From: Acetobacteraceae bacterium
GTDB lineage: Bacteria > Pseudomonadota > Alphaproteobacteria > Acetobacterales > Acetobacteraceae
Length of the DNA stretch: 45,998 nt
Assembly (NCBI GenBank): GCA_036555825.1
Contig: DATBKQ010000123.1
Coordinates: 1 to 45,998, forward strand
Direction: 5' to 3'
The translations under genes and the position numbers were made by a program. This document shows, piece by piece, positions 8,248 to 18,016 of the stretch. Numbering within the stretch: position 1 is the first letter of the stretch; each line of letters begins with the position of its first letter. The notes under the pieces are model-generated. The model did not search any database, was not told the DNA's origin, and saw only the letters and a program-made list of their open reading frames with translations.

Positions 8248-9204
8248 ATGATCACACGACGTGGTGCCGCCACCGGAATGGGCGCGCTGTTGCTGGCGCG
8301 GCGCGTGTGGGCGCAGGAGATGCCGAAGCCCGGCAAGCGTGACTGGGCGAAGGAGATACCGGTGATGCGCATCGGGCTGCTTGGCGGGGAGAACGACGCC
8401 GACCGGCTGGCCCGCGTCGATGGCTACAGGAAGCTGATGGAGAGCACGTTCGAGGTGCCGCTGAAGCTGCTGGTCGCCGCCGACTATGCCGGGGTGATCC
8501 AGGCGTTCGCCGCGAAGCAGCTCGAGACCGCGTATATGAGCCCGTCCGCGTATGCCGCCGCCTGGCTGGCGAGCGACGGCGACGTCGTGCCGCTGGTAGT
8601 GACCGAGGAGCAGGACGGCAGCAACTCCTATGTCGCGGTGATGTACACACGCGCCGACAGCGGCATCGGCTCGCTCGCCGACATGAAGGGCCATTCGCTG
8701 GCCTGGGCCGATCCGAACAGCGCGTCGGGCTATCTGATTCCGCGCGCCGAGTTCCGCGCGCAGGGGATCGATCCGGAGCCGGGGAAGTATTTCAGCCGCA
8801 CCGGCTTTGCCGGCGGCCACGAGCAGGCGGTGGTGGCGGTGCTGAACCACCAGTACGAGGCGGGCGTCACCTGGACATCGGGCATCGGCGACCCGGCGCA
8901 GGGCTACACGCGCGGCGCGCTGCGGATGATGGTGGACAAGCACATGCTGGACATGAAGGACCTGCGCATCATCTGGAAGTCGCGGCCGATTCTGAACGGG
9001 CCGCTGACCGTGCGGAAGAGCACGCCGGCGAGCTACCAGGCCGACATGCTGGCGTTCCACCTGGCGCTGCCGGCGGCGTATCCGGACATCTATCACACGT
9101 TCGACATGGGCAGCGGCAAGGGCTGGGTGCCGGTGAAGCACGAGGACTTCCAGGTGTTCATCGACATGCTGCAGCAGGAGGCGGCGCAGCGGCGGCACCG
9201 GTGA
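8248..9204 (+). CDS. phnD: Phosphonate/phosphite-type ABC transporter substrate-binding protein
   Basis: ATG at 8248. Tat/Sec-like leader MITRRGAATGMGALLLARRVWA. PhnD-like blocks IGLLGGENDADRL, DYAGVIQAFAAKQLETAYMSPSAY, SASGYLIPR. The tracked ORF 7720-9204 is an artefactual upstream extension. Confidence 0.8.
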   Translation: MITRRGAATGMGALLLARRVWAQEMPKPGKRDWAKEIPVMRIGLLGGENDADRLARVDGYRKLMESTFEVPLKLLVAADYAGVIQAFAAKQLETAYMSPSAYAAAWLASDGDVVPLVVTEEQDGSNSYVAVMYTRADSGIGSLADMKGHSLAWADPNSASGYLIPRAEFRAQGIDPEPGKYFSRTGFAGGHEQAVVAVLNHQYEAGVTWTSGIGDPAQGYTRGALRMMVDKHMLDMKDLRIIWKSRPILNGPLTVRKSTPASYQADMLAFHLALPAAYPDIYHTFDMGSGKGWVPVKHEDFQVFIDMLQQEAAQRRHR

Positions 9205-10064
9205 GCGGCGGCGCCCTCGTCGAGTCCGCGTTCGTCGCGCGCCGCCGGGCGCGGGTTGTTTCCGGGCTTGGTGTGGCATCGGTGCTGTGCGCGGCGCTGC
9301 TGCTGTCGGCGTGGGTGTCGGAGGCGTATCCGTCCTCGCTGATCGCCGGCGCGCCGCGGATCGGCGAGTATTTCGCCAAGCTGGTGCCCGATCTCTCTCC
9401 GCCGGTGCTGTTCGCGGGGACCGGGACGCAGGGGTCGGTCGCCTACTGGATGTACAGGCTGGACATCTGGCTGTGGCTCTTGTTCGAAACCAGCCAGATG
9501 GCGGCGCTGGCGACGCTCGGAGGGGCGGCGGTGGCGCTGCTGCTGTGCTTTCCGGCGGCGCGCAACCTGGCGCCGAACCGCGCGGTGTATCTCGTGTTTC
9601 GGCGGTTCCTGGAGCTGTTCCGCTCGGTGCCGGACATCGTCTATGCGCTGATCCTGGTGTGGACGTTCGGTGTGGGGCCGCTGGCCGGCATCCTGGCGAT
9701 CGCGCTGCACACCGTGGGGGCGCTGGGCAAGCTGTTCGCCGAGGTGGTGGAGAACGCGGCGATGGGGCCGTGGGATGCAATGCGCGGCGCCGGCGCGAAC
9801 TGGGCGAAGTGCGTGCGCTTCGGCATTCTGCCGCAGGTGCTGCCGAACTTCCTGTCCTATGTGCTGCTGCGCTTCGAAATCAACGTGCGCGGGGCGACGG
9901 TGATCGGGTTCGTGGGCGCCGGCGGAATCGGGCAGGAGCTGTATACGGTCATCAGCTTCAACTACTACCAGGAGATCGGCGCGATCGTGGTGCTGATCGT
10001 GCTGGCGGTCAGCGCGATCGACCTGACGTCGGAGTGGCTGCGCAGGCGAGCCATATACAAATGA
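9201..10064 (+). CDS. phnE: Phosphonate ABC transporter permease
   Basis: GTG at 9201 overlaps the phnD stop. PhnE-like blocks ETSQMAALATLGGAAVALLLCFPAARN, RSVPDIVYALILV, GAGGIGQELY. Confidence 0.8.
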   Translation: MSGGALVESAFVARRRARVVSGLGVASVLCAALLLSAWVSEAYPSSLIAGAPRIGEYFAKLVPDLSPPVLFAGTGTQGSVAYWMYRLDIWLWLLFETSQMAALATLGGAAVALLLCFPAARNLAPNRAVYLVFRRFLELFRSVPDIVYALILVWTFGVGPLAGILAIALHTVGALGKLFAEVVENAAMGPWDAMRGAGANWAKCVRFGILPQVLPNFLSYVLLRFEINVRGATVIGFVGAGGIGQELYTVISFNYYQEIGAIVVLIVLAVSAIDLTSEWLRRRAIYK

Positions 10065-10070
10065 AACCGC

Positions 10071-10142
10071 GGATGCACGCAGATGCACACGGATGGCCGC
10101 CGAGGCCTATCTGTGTTCATCCGTGTTCATCCGTGGTTGCAT
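10071..10142. repeat. Intercistronic imperfect inverted repeat built from tandem decamers
   Basis: Left arm GGATGCACGC-AGATGCACAC-GGATGG. Right arm contains the exact tandem GTGTTCATCC-GTGTTCATCC (10113-10132) followed by GTGG. The arms are roughly reverse complementary. Confidence 0.6.
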
Positions 10143-10150
10143 AGTTCTTC

Positions 10151-10978
10151 GTGTCCGACGCGGCGGACATTGCCGACCTTCGCACGCGCTTTCCGCGGGC
10201 GTTCGGTGCTCCGCCGCTCAGGCGCGCGCTGCGATGGTTCGGCGCGTTGCTCTTCACTGCCTGGCTGGTCGCGCTGTGTGCCTGGTTCGACATCACGCCG
10301 GCGCGGCTCACGCGCGGTGTATCGGGGCTGCTCGTCATCCTGCGCCAGATGATCCCGCCCGCCCCGGGCGCGCAGTGGCAGGATATCCTGCAAGGCTTGG
10401 CGCAGAGCGTGGCGATGGCGTTTCTCGGCACCTTCGTCGCCGCCGTGGTGGCGCTGCCATTGGGCTTTCTCGGCGCGCGCAACGTGGTGGTGAACGCGCT
10501 GACGCATTTCTCGATCCGCCGCGTGTTCGATGGTTTTCGCGGCGTCGATCAGCTCATCTGGGCGCTGGCTTTCGTGCGCGCGGTAGGGTTGGGGCCGCTC
10601 GCCGGGGTGATGGCGATCGCGGCGGCGGATATCTGCATGCTGGCGAAGCTGTTTGCCGAGGCGATCGAGAACGCCGATGCGCGGCAGACCGAGGCGGTGA
10701 CGGCAGCCGGCGGCACACGGCTGATGGTGATTCGCTTCGGGCTGTTGCCGCAGGTGCTGCCGGTGCTGCTGGCGCAGGTGCTGTACGCGTTCGAAAGCAA
10801 TACGCGGAGCGCGGCGATACTGGGCGTGGTGGGGGCGGGCGGCATCGGGCTGCAGATCGCCGAAAGGATCAAGGTGCGCTACTGGGACGAGGTGTCGTTC
10901 ATCATCATCCTGATCCTGCTGACCGTGGCGGCGATCGATCAGGTGTCGGCGCGGGTGCGGCGGCGGCTGATCGGGTGA
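10151..10978 (+). CDS. phnE: Phosphonate ABC transporter permease (second copy)
   Basis: GTG start. 275 aa, paralogous to the preceding gene (ILQGLAQSVAMAFLGTFVAAVVALPLGFLGARN, GAGGIGLQIAERI). Confidence 0.8.
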   Translation: MSDAADIADLRTRFPRAFGAPPLRRALRWFGALLFTAWLVALCAWFDITPARLTRGVSGLLVILRQMIPPAPGAQWQDILQGLAQSVAMAFLGTFVAAVVALPLGFLGARNVVVNALTHFSIRRVFDGFRGVDQLIWALAFVRAVGLGPLAGVMAIAAADICMLAKLFAEAIENADARQTEAVTAAGGTRLMVIRFGLLPQVLPVLLAQVLYAFESNTRSAAILGVVGAGGIGLQIAERIKVRYWDEVSFIIILILLTVAAIDQVSARVRRRLIG

Positions 10979-10981
10979 GCG

Positions 10982-11815
10982 TCACGACGGGTCCTCCAGC
11001 ACTCTGCGCAGGAAATCCCGCACCTGCATCTCCGCATCGCGTGCGGCAGCTTCGTCGTATTCCATCGAATGTCCGAGATAGCGGGTTGGCGGTAAGCGAT
11101 AATCGAAGCCGTGCCTTGCTTCGGGATAGAGGACAAGGTGGATCGGCATCCGCGATGACGCCTCGCGCCGTGTTCCGATATCGCTTTCATGGGCGGCCAG
11201 CTTTCGGCACTGCGCAGCGGACGCCCAGTCATCGCGCTCACCGATCAGGATCAGCGCCGGGGCGGTAAGGGCGCCGGTGCTGGCGCCGCAGTCTGGGTAG
11301 TAAGCGACGATCGCGTGAACACTCGCCTGCTCGGCGCGGCGGACGGCGCGTTCTTCCACGGCGGCGAGAGCTGCCGTCCCGCCCATCGACCAGCCCATGA
11401 TTGCCATCCTGGCACTGGCCACAAAGCTCTGTTCGCTCAGATAGCGCAGCGCGGCATAGGCATCGAGCATCTCGGCGGCGGCACCGATGCCGGCACTTCC
11501 ACTGCACATATTGGCATCACCCAGGCTATCCAATGCCAAGCCGACATAGCCCCAGGTTCTCAGGGTCGTGGCCGCGGCCGTATCGTGTCCGGTGAACCCG
11601 GGGCAGCCATGCAGCAGCACCACGGCGGGGAAACGGCCGGCCCCGTCCGGACGGGTCAAGAACCCGAGCAGTGGCGGCGTGCCGTTCCTGCCCGCAGGGG
11701 AGGCGGAAGCACGATGCGGCGCGACCTGCACGAGTTCGTCGGCGCGGCTTTGCGATTCGCCGGCCAATGCTGCAAGCGACAGCAGGACGGCAGCGGCGGC
11801 GTGGACGAAACTCAT
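10982..11815 (-). CDS. Secreted dienelactone-hydrolase-family alpha/beta hydrolase
   Basis: Signal peptide MSFVHAAAAVLLSLAALAGES. VVLLHGC, nucleophile elbow GWSMGG, later D and H (ERDDW, ARHGF). Its stop lies only 3 nt from the convergent phnE stop. Confidence 0.75.
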   Translation of the reverse strand: MSFVHAAAAVLLSLAALAGESQSRADELVQVAPHRASASPAGRNGTPPLLGFLTRPDGAGRFPAVVLLHGCPGFTGHDTAAATTLRTWGYVGLALDSLGDANMCSGSAGIGAAAEMLDAYAALRYLSEQSFVASARMAIMGWSMGGTAALAAVEERAVRRAEQASVHAIVAYYPDCGASTGALTAPALILIGERDDWASAAQCRKLAAHESDIGTRREASSRMPIHLVLYPEARHGFDYRLPPTRYLGHSMEYDEAAARDAEMQVRDFLRRVLEDPS

Positions 11816-13272
11816 CAGACGTGTGTTCCGTCCTCGCCCAGGTTCAGGTCGATCCGCAGCTTCAGCATCAGCGGGGTCTCCGGGTGGTCCGCCAGCACCA
11901 CGCCCGGCACCGCGCCGCCGATGTGCACGCCGTGCCTGGTATCGATCGCCAGATCCGATCCGAGGAAGTCGAAATACACCTCTGCCCCGTTCGGCCAGGC
12001 GGTCACCGGGAAGCCCGGTTGGCCGGTGTGGCAGAGCTTGTTCACCACGCCCTGCACCACCTTGTGGACCTTCAGCAACTCGGCGCGGCCGGTCAGTTCC
12101 AGGAACATCCGGCGATAGAATTCGCGCAGAACCGGCAGCCCGCCGCGCAGCACCATCGATGACACAACCGGGTTGCGCAGCAGTTGCTCATCGGGCGGGG
12201 CGAACAGTTCCAGCCGCGCACGGTTGTAGCCTGAATCGGCGATGCGGACCGGGCCCTCGCAGAACAGGGAAAGGCCGAGCGTCTTGCCGAGAAACGGATC
12301 GCGCGGGAACACCGCGCGCACGTTGTCGATGAGCAGCGCCTGGCCCGGCGGTGTCGCCGTGGCCGAGACCCGGTCCAACACCTGGCTCAGGTAGAAATGC
12401 GCGACATTCTCCGCGATGGCGAGCTCGGTCGCGGGCACGACGTAAGGGGTGCAGCCGTAGCGGCCGAGGATGGCCAGCTCGTCCTGGTCGAAGTCGCCGA
12501 TGCAGTGCACCGCGACCGACGGGCTGACGCAGCGCAGGCTGCCGAGAAACAGATGCAGCCAGCCCGCATCGCGCTGGCGGAGATAGAATGCGAGCACGGC
12601 GTCGCCGCCCGACGATGGTACTTCCGGAGCCGGCACGGTCGCACCCGTCCGGGGCAGCCAGGCGCCGGACAGCGGGCGCATGTGGACCACGTAATTGTGG
12701 ATCGCCTGGTCGATCGACCCAGCGATCGGCCCGGTGCGTCCGGCGACCTGGTGGGTCATTGCCGTGAGATAGCGCAGCATGCCGGAGCGCGTGGCGATGG
12801 TGGTGTCGGGATTCGAGAGAACGCAATCGCGGACATTGTGTGCGACGGCTTCGCCATACGCCTGCACCATCGCGTCGTGCACGGCGGGCGTGTCGCCGAT
12901 CCGGTTCCGGGTCGCGGTATAGACGATGTCGGCCGGCAGCGGTGTCGCGAACGGATCGGCCTCGAACACCATGTCCGACGGATCGATCAGCAGCACATTG
13001 GCGTAGCGTTCGCCATGCCGCAGCAGGAAATCCAGATAGCTGAAGTAGCGGCTCGCCTTGGCCGCCATGCGCGGCTGTGCCGATGGTGCGCTGCGCTCGA
13101 CCATGACGCCGAGAGCGCGAAGCCGGCGGATGGTTTCCGCGGCAACGTCTCGCACCAGCAGGCCAATATCGCCGGCGAAGCCCGTGCCGCGCAGCGAGGC
13201 GACGAACGGCTCGAGCCGGCGCATCGGCAGCGCCGTGCAGGCAGCCAGGACGAGGTTCTTCGAGCCATTCAT
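11815..13272 (-). CDS. Hypothetical protein with two tandem GT-A-like (nucleotide-diphospho-sugar-transferase-like) modules
   Basis: 485 aa. The halves align with each other (LVLAAC..FVASLRG..LLIDPSDMVFEADPF versus AVLAFY..FLGSLRC..LLIDNVRAVFPRDPF). Its stop overlaps the downstream start. Its start is 9 nt after the cca stop. Functional assignment is weak. Confidence 0.6.
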   Translation of the reverse strand: MNGSKNLVLAACTALPMRRLEPFVASLRGTGFAGDIGLLVRDVAAETIRRLRALGVMVERSAPSAQPRMAAKASRYFSYLDFLLRHGERYANVLLIDPSDMVFEADPFATPLPADIVYTATRNRIGDTPAVHDAMVQAYGEAVAHNVRDCVLSNPDTTIATRSGMLRYLTAMTHQVAGRTGPIAGSIDQAIHNYVVHMRPLSGAWLPRTGATVPAPEVPSSGGDAVLAFYLRQRDAGWLHLFLGSLRCVSPSVAVHCIGDFDQDELAILGRYGCTPYVVPATELAIAENVAHFYLSQVLDRVSATATPPGQALLIDNVRAVFPRDPFLGKTLGLSLFCEGPVRIADSGYNRARLELFAPPDEQLLRNPVVSSMVLRGGLPVLREFYRRMFLELTGRAELLKVHKVVQGVVNKLCHTGQPGFPVTAWPNGAEVYFDFLGSDLAIDTRHGVHIGGAVPGVVLADHPETPLMLKLRIDLNLGEDGTHV

Positions 13273-13281
13273 GCCCGCAGC

Positions 13282-14496
13282 CTACATCCGCCGCATCAGT
13301 TCCGCACGGCATGCCTCCTTGTCCGCGGCGCAGCCGCCGTCGCGCCACCACTGGCGGACGGCGCGCAGCAGGTTGCCGACGCGGGGGCCCTCTGGCTCCC
13401 CGAGTGCGAGCACATCGCGGCCTTCGAGCGGGAACACGGGACGCGGCATGGCGGCGAGCCGCGCACGCAGCGCCACCCAGTCCGGCGCCGCGCCACCGGC
13501 CAGCCAGGTGCGGCCGATCAGCGGCTCGGCCGGCTCGTCAGCGAGCAGCCGGCGCAGGGCCGGATCCTCGTCGCCGGGCCGCGGCACGGGACCGCGCCGC
13601 AGCGCGGCGAGGCGGTCGCGGTCGGCCGCGGAGAGTCGCAGCCGGGCCGCGAGCGCCGCGGCATCGCCGGTCAGGAGGGCGGCAAGCCGCAGGATCGGGT
13701 CGGCCGGCGCGCCAGCCTCGACCAGCGAGGCGAGAGGCGCGGGATCGCTGCCCTCGGGAAGCACGGCCGGCAGCACGCCAAGCTCGCCCATCAGCGCGAC
13801 CGCCGCGCGCGGGTCGGGCGCGGCGAGGATGCGCGCCAGCTCGCCCCAGACCCGCTCCGCCGAAAGCCGGGCGAGGCCTGGCACGCCGGCGCGGACCGCC
13901 GCCAGCGCGGCGGGGTCGGCGGCGGAGCCCGCGTAACCGGCGAAGAAGCGGAAGTAGCGCAGGATGCGCAGGTAGTCCTCGGCGATCCTGGTCGCTGGAT
14001 CGCCGACAAATCGCACGATGCCAGCCCGCAGGTCGGCGATGCCGCCGAAATAGTCGAACACCTCGCCCAGGCGCGTCATCGACATGGCGTTGATGGTGAA
14101 GTCGCGCCGGGCGGCATCGGCACGCCAGTCCTCGGTGAAGGTCACGACGGCGTGCCGCCCGTCGGTCTCCACGTCGCGGCGCAACGTGGTGATCTCGAAC
14201 CCCCGTCCGTCCGCGACCGCGGTTACCGTGCCGTGCTCCAACCCGGTGGGCACGGCGCGGATACCCGAGGCTTCCAGTGCCTTGGCGACCGCTTCGGGGG
14301 TGAGGGGCGTGGCCAGATCGATCTCGGCGACCGGGCGGCCGGCCAGGGTGTCGCGCACGGCGCCGCCGACCACGCGCGCCTCGGGCAGCGCGGCCAGCAC
14401 CGCGGCGAGGCCCGGGTCGGCCAGGAACGCGGGGGGCGGGATGCGAAGGGCGGGGAGGTCGGTCGGTGCGCCGCTCATGGTCGCTTGTTCTCTCAC
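13282..14496 (-). CDS. cca: CCA tRNA nucleotidyltransferase / poly(A) polymerase family protein
   Basis: GGAVRDTLAGRPVAEIDLAT, RRDFTINAM, and helical body domain. An alternative start MSGAPTDL lies 6 codons downstream. Confidence 0.85.
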   Translation of the reverse strand: MREQATMSGAPTDLPALRIPPPAFLADPGLAAVLAALPEARVVGGAVRDTLAGRPVAEIDLATPLTPEAVAKALEASGIRAVPTGLEHGTVTAVADGRGFEITTLRRDVETDGRHAVVTFTEDWRADAARRDFTINAMSMTRLGEVFDYFGGIADLRAGIVRFVGDPATRIAEDYLRILRYFRFFAGYAGSAADPAALAAVRAGVPGLARLSAERVWGELARILAAPDPRAAVALMGELGVLPAVLPEGSDPAPLASLVEAGAPADPILRLAALLTGDAAALAARLRLSAADRDRLAALRRGPVPRPGDEDPALRRLLADEPAEPLIGRTWLAGGAAPDWVALRARLAAMPRPVFPLEGRDVLALGEPEGPRVGNLLRAVRQWWRDGGCAADKEACRAELMRRM

Positions 14497-14745
14497 TCAG
14501 GGGGGCGGCGCGGCGTGGCCTGAGACGATCTTCCCGTCCTGCAGCCGGGCTGGTTCGTAGGTGGCGCCTGGCGGCAGGGCATCGTCCTGGCTGAGCCAGA
14601 TCAGGGCGCCCGCCAGTAAAGCGAGCACGCAGGCGGCGATCGCGACGACACGGGCCGGGGGGCCGCTCTCGGCCGCCATGAAGCGCCAGACAACAAACAG
14701 AACGAACGGCGCCAGGAACAGCGCCAGCTCAGCCAGTCGCAGCAT
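14497..14745 (-). CDS. Small two-TM membrane protein (DUF6111-like)
   Basis: The last 82 codons of tracked ORF 14497-14979 read MLRLAELALFLAPFVLFVVWRF...VVAIAACVLALLAGALIWL. The ATG at 14745 overlaps the NUDIX gene end. The upstream 78 codons are Arg/Cys/Ser-rich off-frame-like sequence. Confidence 0.55.
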   Translation of the reverse strand: MLRLAELALFLAPFVLFVVWRFMAAESGPPARVVAIAACVLALLAGALIWLSQDDALPPGATYEPARLQDGKIVSGHAAPPP

Positions 14746-15346
14746 GCGGCTCCAGCGCCCGCAGCTTCTGCGCCAGATGCACCAGGATTGCCGCCGTCGC
14801 ACCCCAGATGTAGTGCTCGGGGTGGGGCCATACCCAATACTCACGCCAGACGCCGCGCACGTGGTGGCGCTGGCGCTTCGGCGCATCGGGATCGAGCAGT
14901 GTCGCGATGGGGAATTCGAACACCGCCTCCACCTCGTCCGGCGCGGCGCGCAGCGAGAGCCCCGGCGGCAACAACGCAAGCACCGGGGTGATGCGATAGC
15001 CGGTGCCGGTCACGTAATCGGCCATCCGCCCGACAATCTCCACCCGCGACGGATCGAGCGCGACCTCCTCGCGGGCCTCGCGCAGCGCGGCCGCCTCGGG
15101 GTCCGGGTCACTGGCGTCGATGCGGCCGCCCGGAAAGCTCACCTGGCCGCCGTGCCTGTTCAGGTGTGCGTTACGCTTGGTGAGCAGGATGGCGGGCGGC
15201 GAGCCGAGAATGACCGGCACCAGTACCGCCGCCGGGATCGGCGGGCGGTCGAGCACCTCCAGCACATCGTCGCCGTGCGCGACCTGGCCCGGCAGCGGTT
15301 CGGCGACAATCGCGCCCAGGCGGGCGCGCAACTCGGCGGCCGTCAT
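14729..15346 (-). CDS. NUDIX hydrolase, CoA pyrophosphatase type
   Basis: NUDIX box GGRIDASDPDPEAAALREAREEVAL. The preceding LLTKRNAHLNRHGGQVSFPGG is typical of NudL/PCD1-type enzymes. Confidence 0.8.
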   Translation of the reverse strand: MTAAELRARLGAIVAEPLPGQVAHGDDVLEVLDRPPIPAAVLVPVILGSPPAILLTKRNAHLNRHGGQVSFPGGRIDASDPDPEAAALREAREEVALDPSRVEIVGRMADYVTGTGYRITPVLALLPPGLSLRAAPDEVEAVFEFPIATLLDPDAPKRQRHHVRGVWREYWVWPHPEHYIWGATAAILVHLAQKLRALEPHAATG

Positions 15347-15356
15347 CGTGTCGGGG

Positions 15357-15956
15357 TCATTCCTCGCCCGGAGGCAGCTCTCCTAGCGAGAAGAACCGGC
15401 CGCGGCTCCAGACACCCAGCATACGCCGGCAGCCCACCCATTCAGGCACCGCGAGCGCCACCAGCTCGTAGTAGACGGCGCGGTTGATGCGGGCCTCAAT
15501 GCCTTGGCGCACCAGGATGTACGGCGTCGGCTCGCAGGTGAGCAGGTCGTGGGCGACCCTGATCGGATGGTCGGGCCCGGCGGTCACCACCTGATCGACG
15601 TTGGTGCGGAACGACAGGGTCTGCTGCCGGCCGTCACCTACCCAGTCGAGCTCGACGGCGACAAACGGTGCGTCCTCGACCTGGATACGGCCGCGCTCGG
15701 CCGGGGTTTCCAGCCAGAAGGAACCGTCGGCCTCGCGTTTCAACACGCCGGAGAACAGGCAGACCAGCTCCTTGCGCTGGATCGGGCTGCCCCGATACAT
15801 CCAGGTGCCGTCGCGCTTGATGAGGAATGGCAGGTCGCCGCAGTTGACCGGCACACGGCGGGGGCGCGTACGCGCCGAGTGGCAAACGGTCCCGGGAATC
15901 GGCTCGGCCAGGGCCGCGGCTCGGGAAAGCGGCGCTGGAGAACTGGCCTCGTTCAC
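15357..15956 (-). CDS. DUF1285 domain-containing protein
   Basis: 199 aa. FLIKRDGTWMYRGSPIQRKELVCLFSGVLKRE...FWLETPAERGRIQVEDAPF matches my recollection of DUF1285, which commonly neighbours NUDIX and MoxR genes in alphaproteobacteria. Confidence 0.7.
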   Translation of the reverse strand: MNEASSPAPLSRAAALAEPIPGTVCHSARTRPRRVPVNCGDLPFLIKRDGTWMYRGSPIQRKELVCLFSGVLKREADGSFWLETPAERGRIQVEDAPFVAVELDWVGDGRQQTLSFRTNVDQVVTAGPDHPIRVAHDLLTCEPTPYILVRQGIEARINRAVYYELVALAVPEWVGCRRMLGVWSRGRFFSLGELPPGEE

Positions 15957-16074
15957 GTCTCCGTCTCCATCCCTGCCGGTCTTTAATCCATGGCGCCGAT
16001 ATAGGAAGCATCCCCCGGCACGTGAAAGTGCTTATATGGAAGCTTGGTAAGTTTTCTCCGGAGTGCACCGCTGT

Positions 16075-17083
<1,009 letters not shown>

Positions 17084-17091
<8 letters not shown>

Positions 17092-18016
17092 CGGCTCGGC
17101 TCACGCTGCGGCGGAAGCCAGGCGCGCCGAGGCGCTCGGGGCACGGCTGCCGCCGCTACTGGTGGCGGCGGAGCGGGTGGCGGCGACCGTGGCCCAAGGG
17201 GTGCATGGGCGGCGCCGGGTGGGACAGGGCGACAGCTTCTGGCAGTTCCGCCGCTTCGTCGCCGGCGACCCGATTGCGCGCATTGACTGGCGGCAATCGG
17301 CGAAGTCGGGCCGGCCGGTGCCGGACGGCTGGTTCATCCGCGAGACCGAGTGGGAGGCGGCGCAGACCGTCTGTCTGTGGCGCGACACCTCGGCCTCGAT
17401 GCGCTGGCGTTCGCGCGCCGCCGCGGTGGAAAAGCGCGAACGCGCCGGCCTCTTGCTGCTGGCGCTCGCGTCGCTGCTGCTGCGCGGTGGCGAGCGGGTG
17501 GCATTGATCGCCCCTGGGATCGCCCCTGGGATCGCCGCTGGGATCGCGCCCGGCGCGCGGCCGGTCTCGGGCCGCGCCGGGCTTGACCGGCTGGCGGAGA
17601 CGTTGGGCGCGCAGGCGAGCGACGACGCGGGCCTGCCGCCGCAGGTGCCGGTGCCGCGGCATGCGCGGGTGGTGCTGTTCGGGGATTTCCTTTCTCCGCT
17701 CGAGGAGATCCAGGCGGCGGTCGGCCGGCTCGCGGGGATCCCGGTGAGCGGTTACCTGTTGCAGATACTTGATCCGGCCGAGGCCGATCTGCCGTATAGT
17801 GGCCGCATTCGCTTCCGCGGATTGGAACGCGAGGGCGATACGTTGATCCCCCGCGTGGAGGGTGTGCGCGAGGAATATGGCCGGCGCCTGGCCGCGCAAC
17901 AGGAGGGTTTGGCGGCGATCTGCTCGGCCGCCGCATTCGGCTTTGCGATCCACCGCACCGATCATTCGCCGGAAACGGCCTTGCTCGGGCTTTATACGGC
18001 TTTGACTGCCCGATGA
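17084..18016 (+). CDS. DUF58 domain-containing protein
   Basis: HGRRRVGQGDSFWQFRRFVAGDPIARIDWRQSAK is the hallmark DUF58 block. TTG start overlaps the moxR stop by 8 nt. Confidence 0.85.
17511..17546 (+). repeat. In-frame 12-nt tandem repeat x3 (CCCCTGGGATCG, CCCCTGGGATCG, CCGCTGGGATCG) inside the DUF58 gene
   Basis: Read directly. Encodes APGIAPGIAAGIAPG. Confidence 0.9.

Noticed and set aside
8212-9780. 522-aa minus-strand ORF antisense to phnD/phnE
   Set aside because: The Pro/Arg/Ala/Thr-rich, low-complexity translation is typical of off-frame reading in high-GC DNA. The opposite strand encodes recognisable PhnD/PhnE proteins with proper starts and overlaps.
10111-10133. Pho-box-like direct repeats (CTGTGTTCATCC GTGTTCATCC) before the second phnE
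   Set aside because: The repeat period is 10 nt, not 11. The half-sites differ from the CTGTCAT consensus. The site is inside an operon and forms one arm of a hairpin. No comparable motif was found upstream of phnD (8132-8247).
12397-14523. 708-aa plus-strand ORF antisense to the 485-aa gene and cca
   Set aside because: Arg/Gly/Ala-dominated with no recognisable motifs. The minus strand carries the well-supported CCA-adding enzyme and a self-consistent duplicated protein.
14746-14979. Upstream 78 codons of tracked ORF 14497-14979
   Set aside because: This part overlaps the NUDIX gene in another frame and has Arg/Cys/Ser-rich composition. Only the last 82 codons give a sensible two-TM protein with an ATG.
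17511-17546. Tandem repeats here and the decamers at 10113-10132 considered as a CRISPR or minisatellite array
   Set aside because: The units are contiguous with no spacers, only 2-3 copies are present, and one set is in-frame coding. No cas genes occur in the window.
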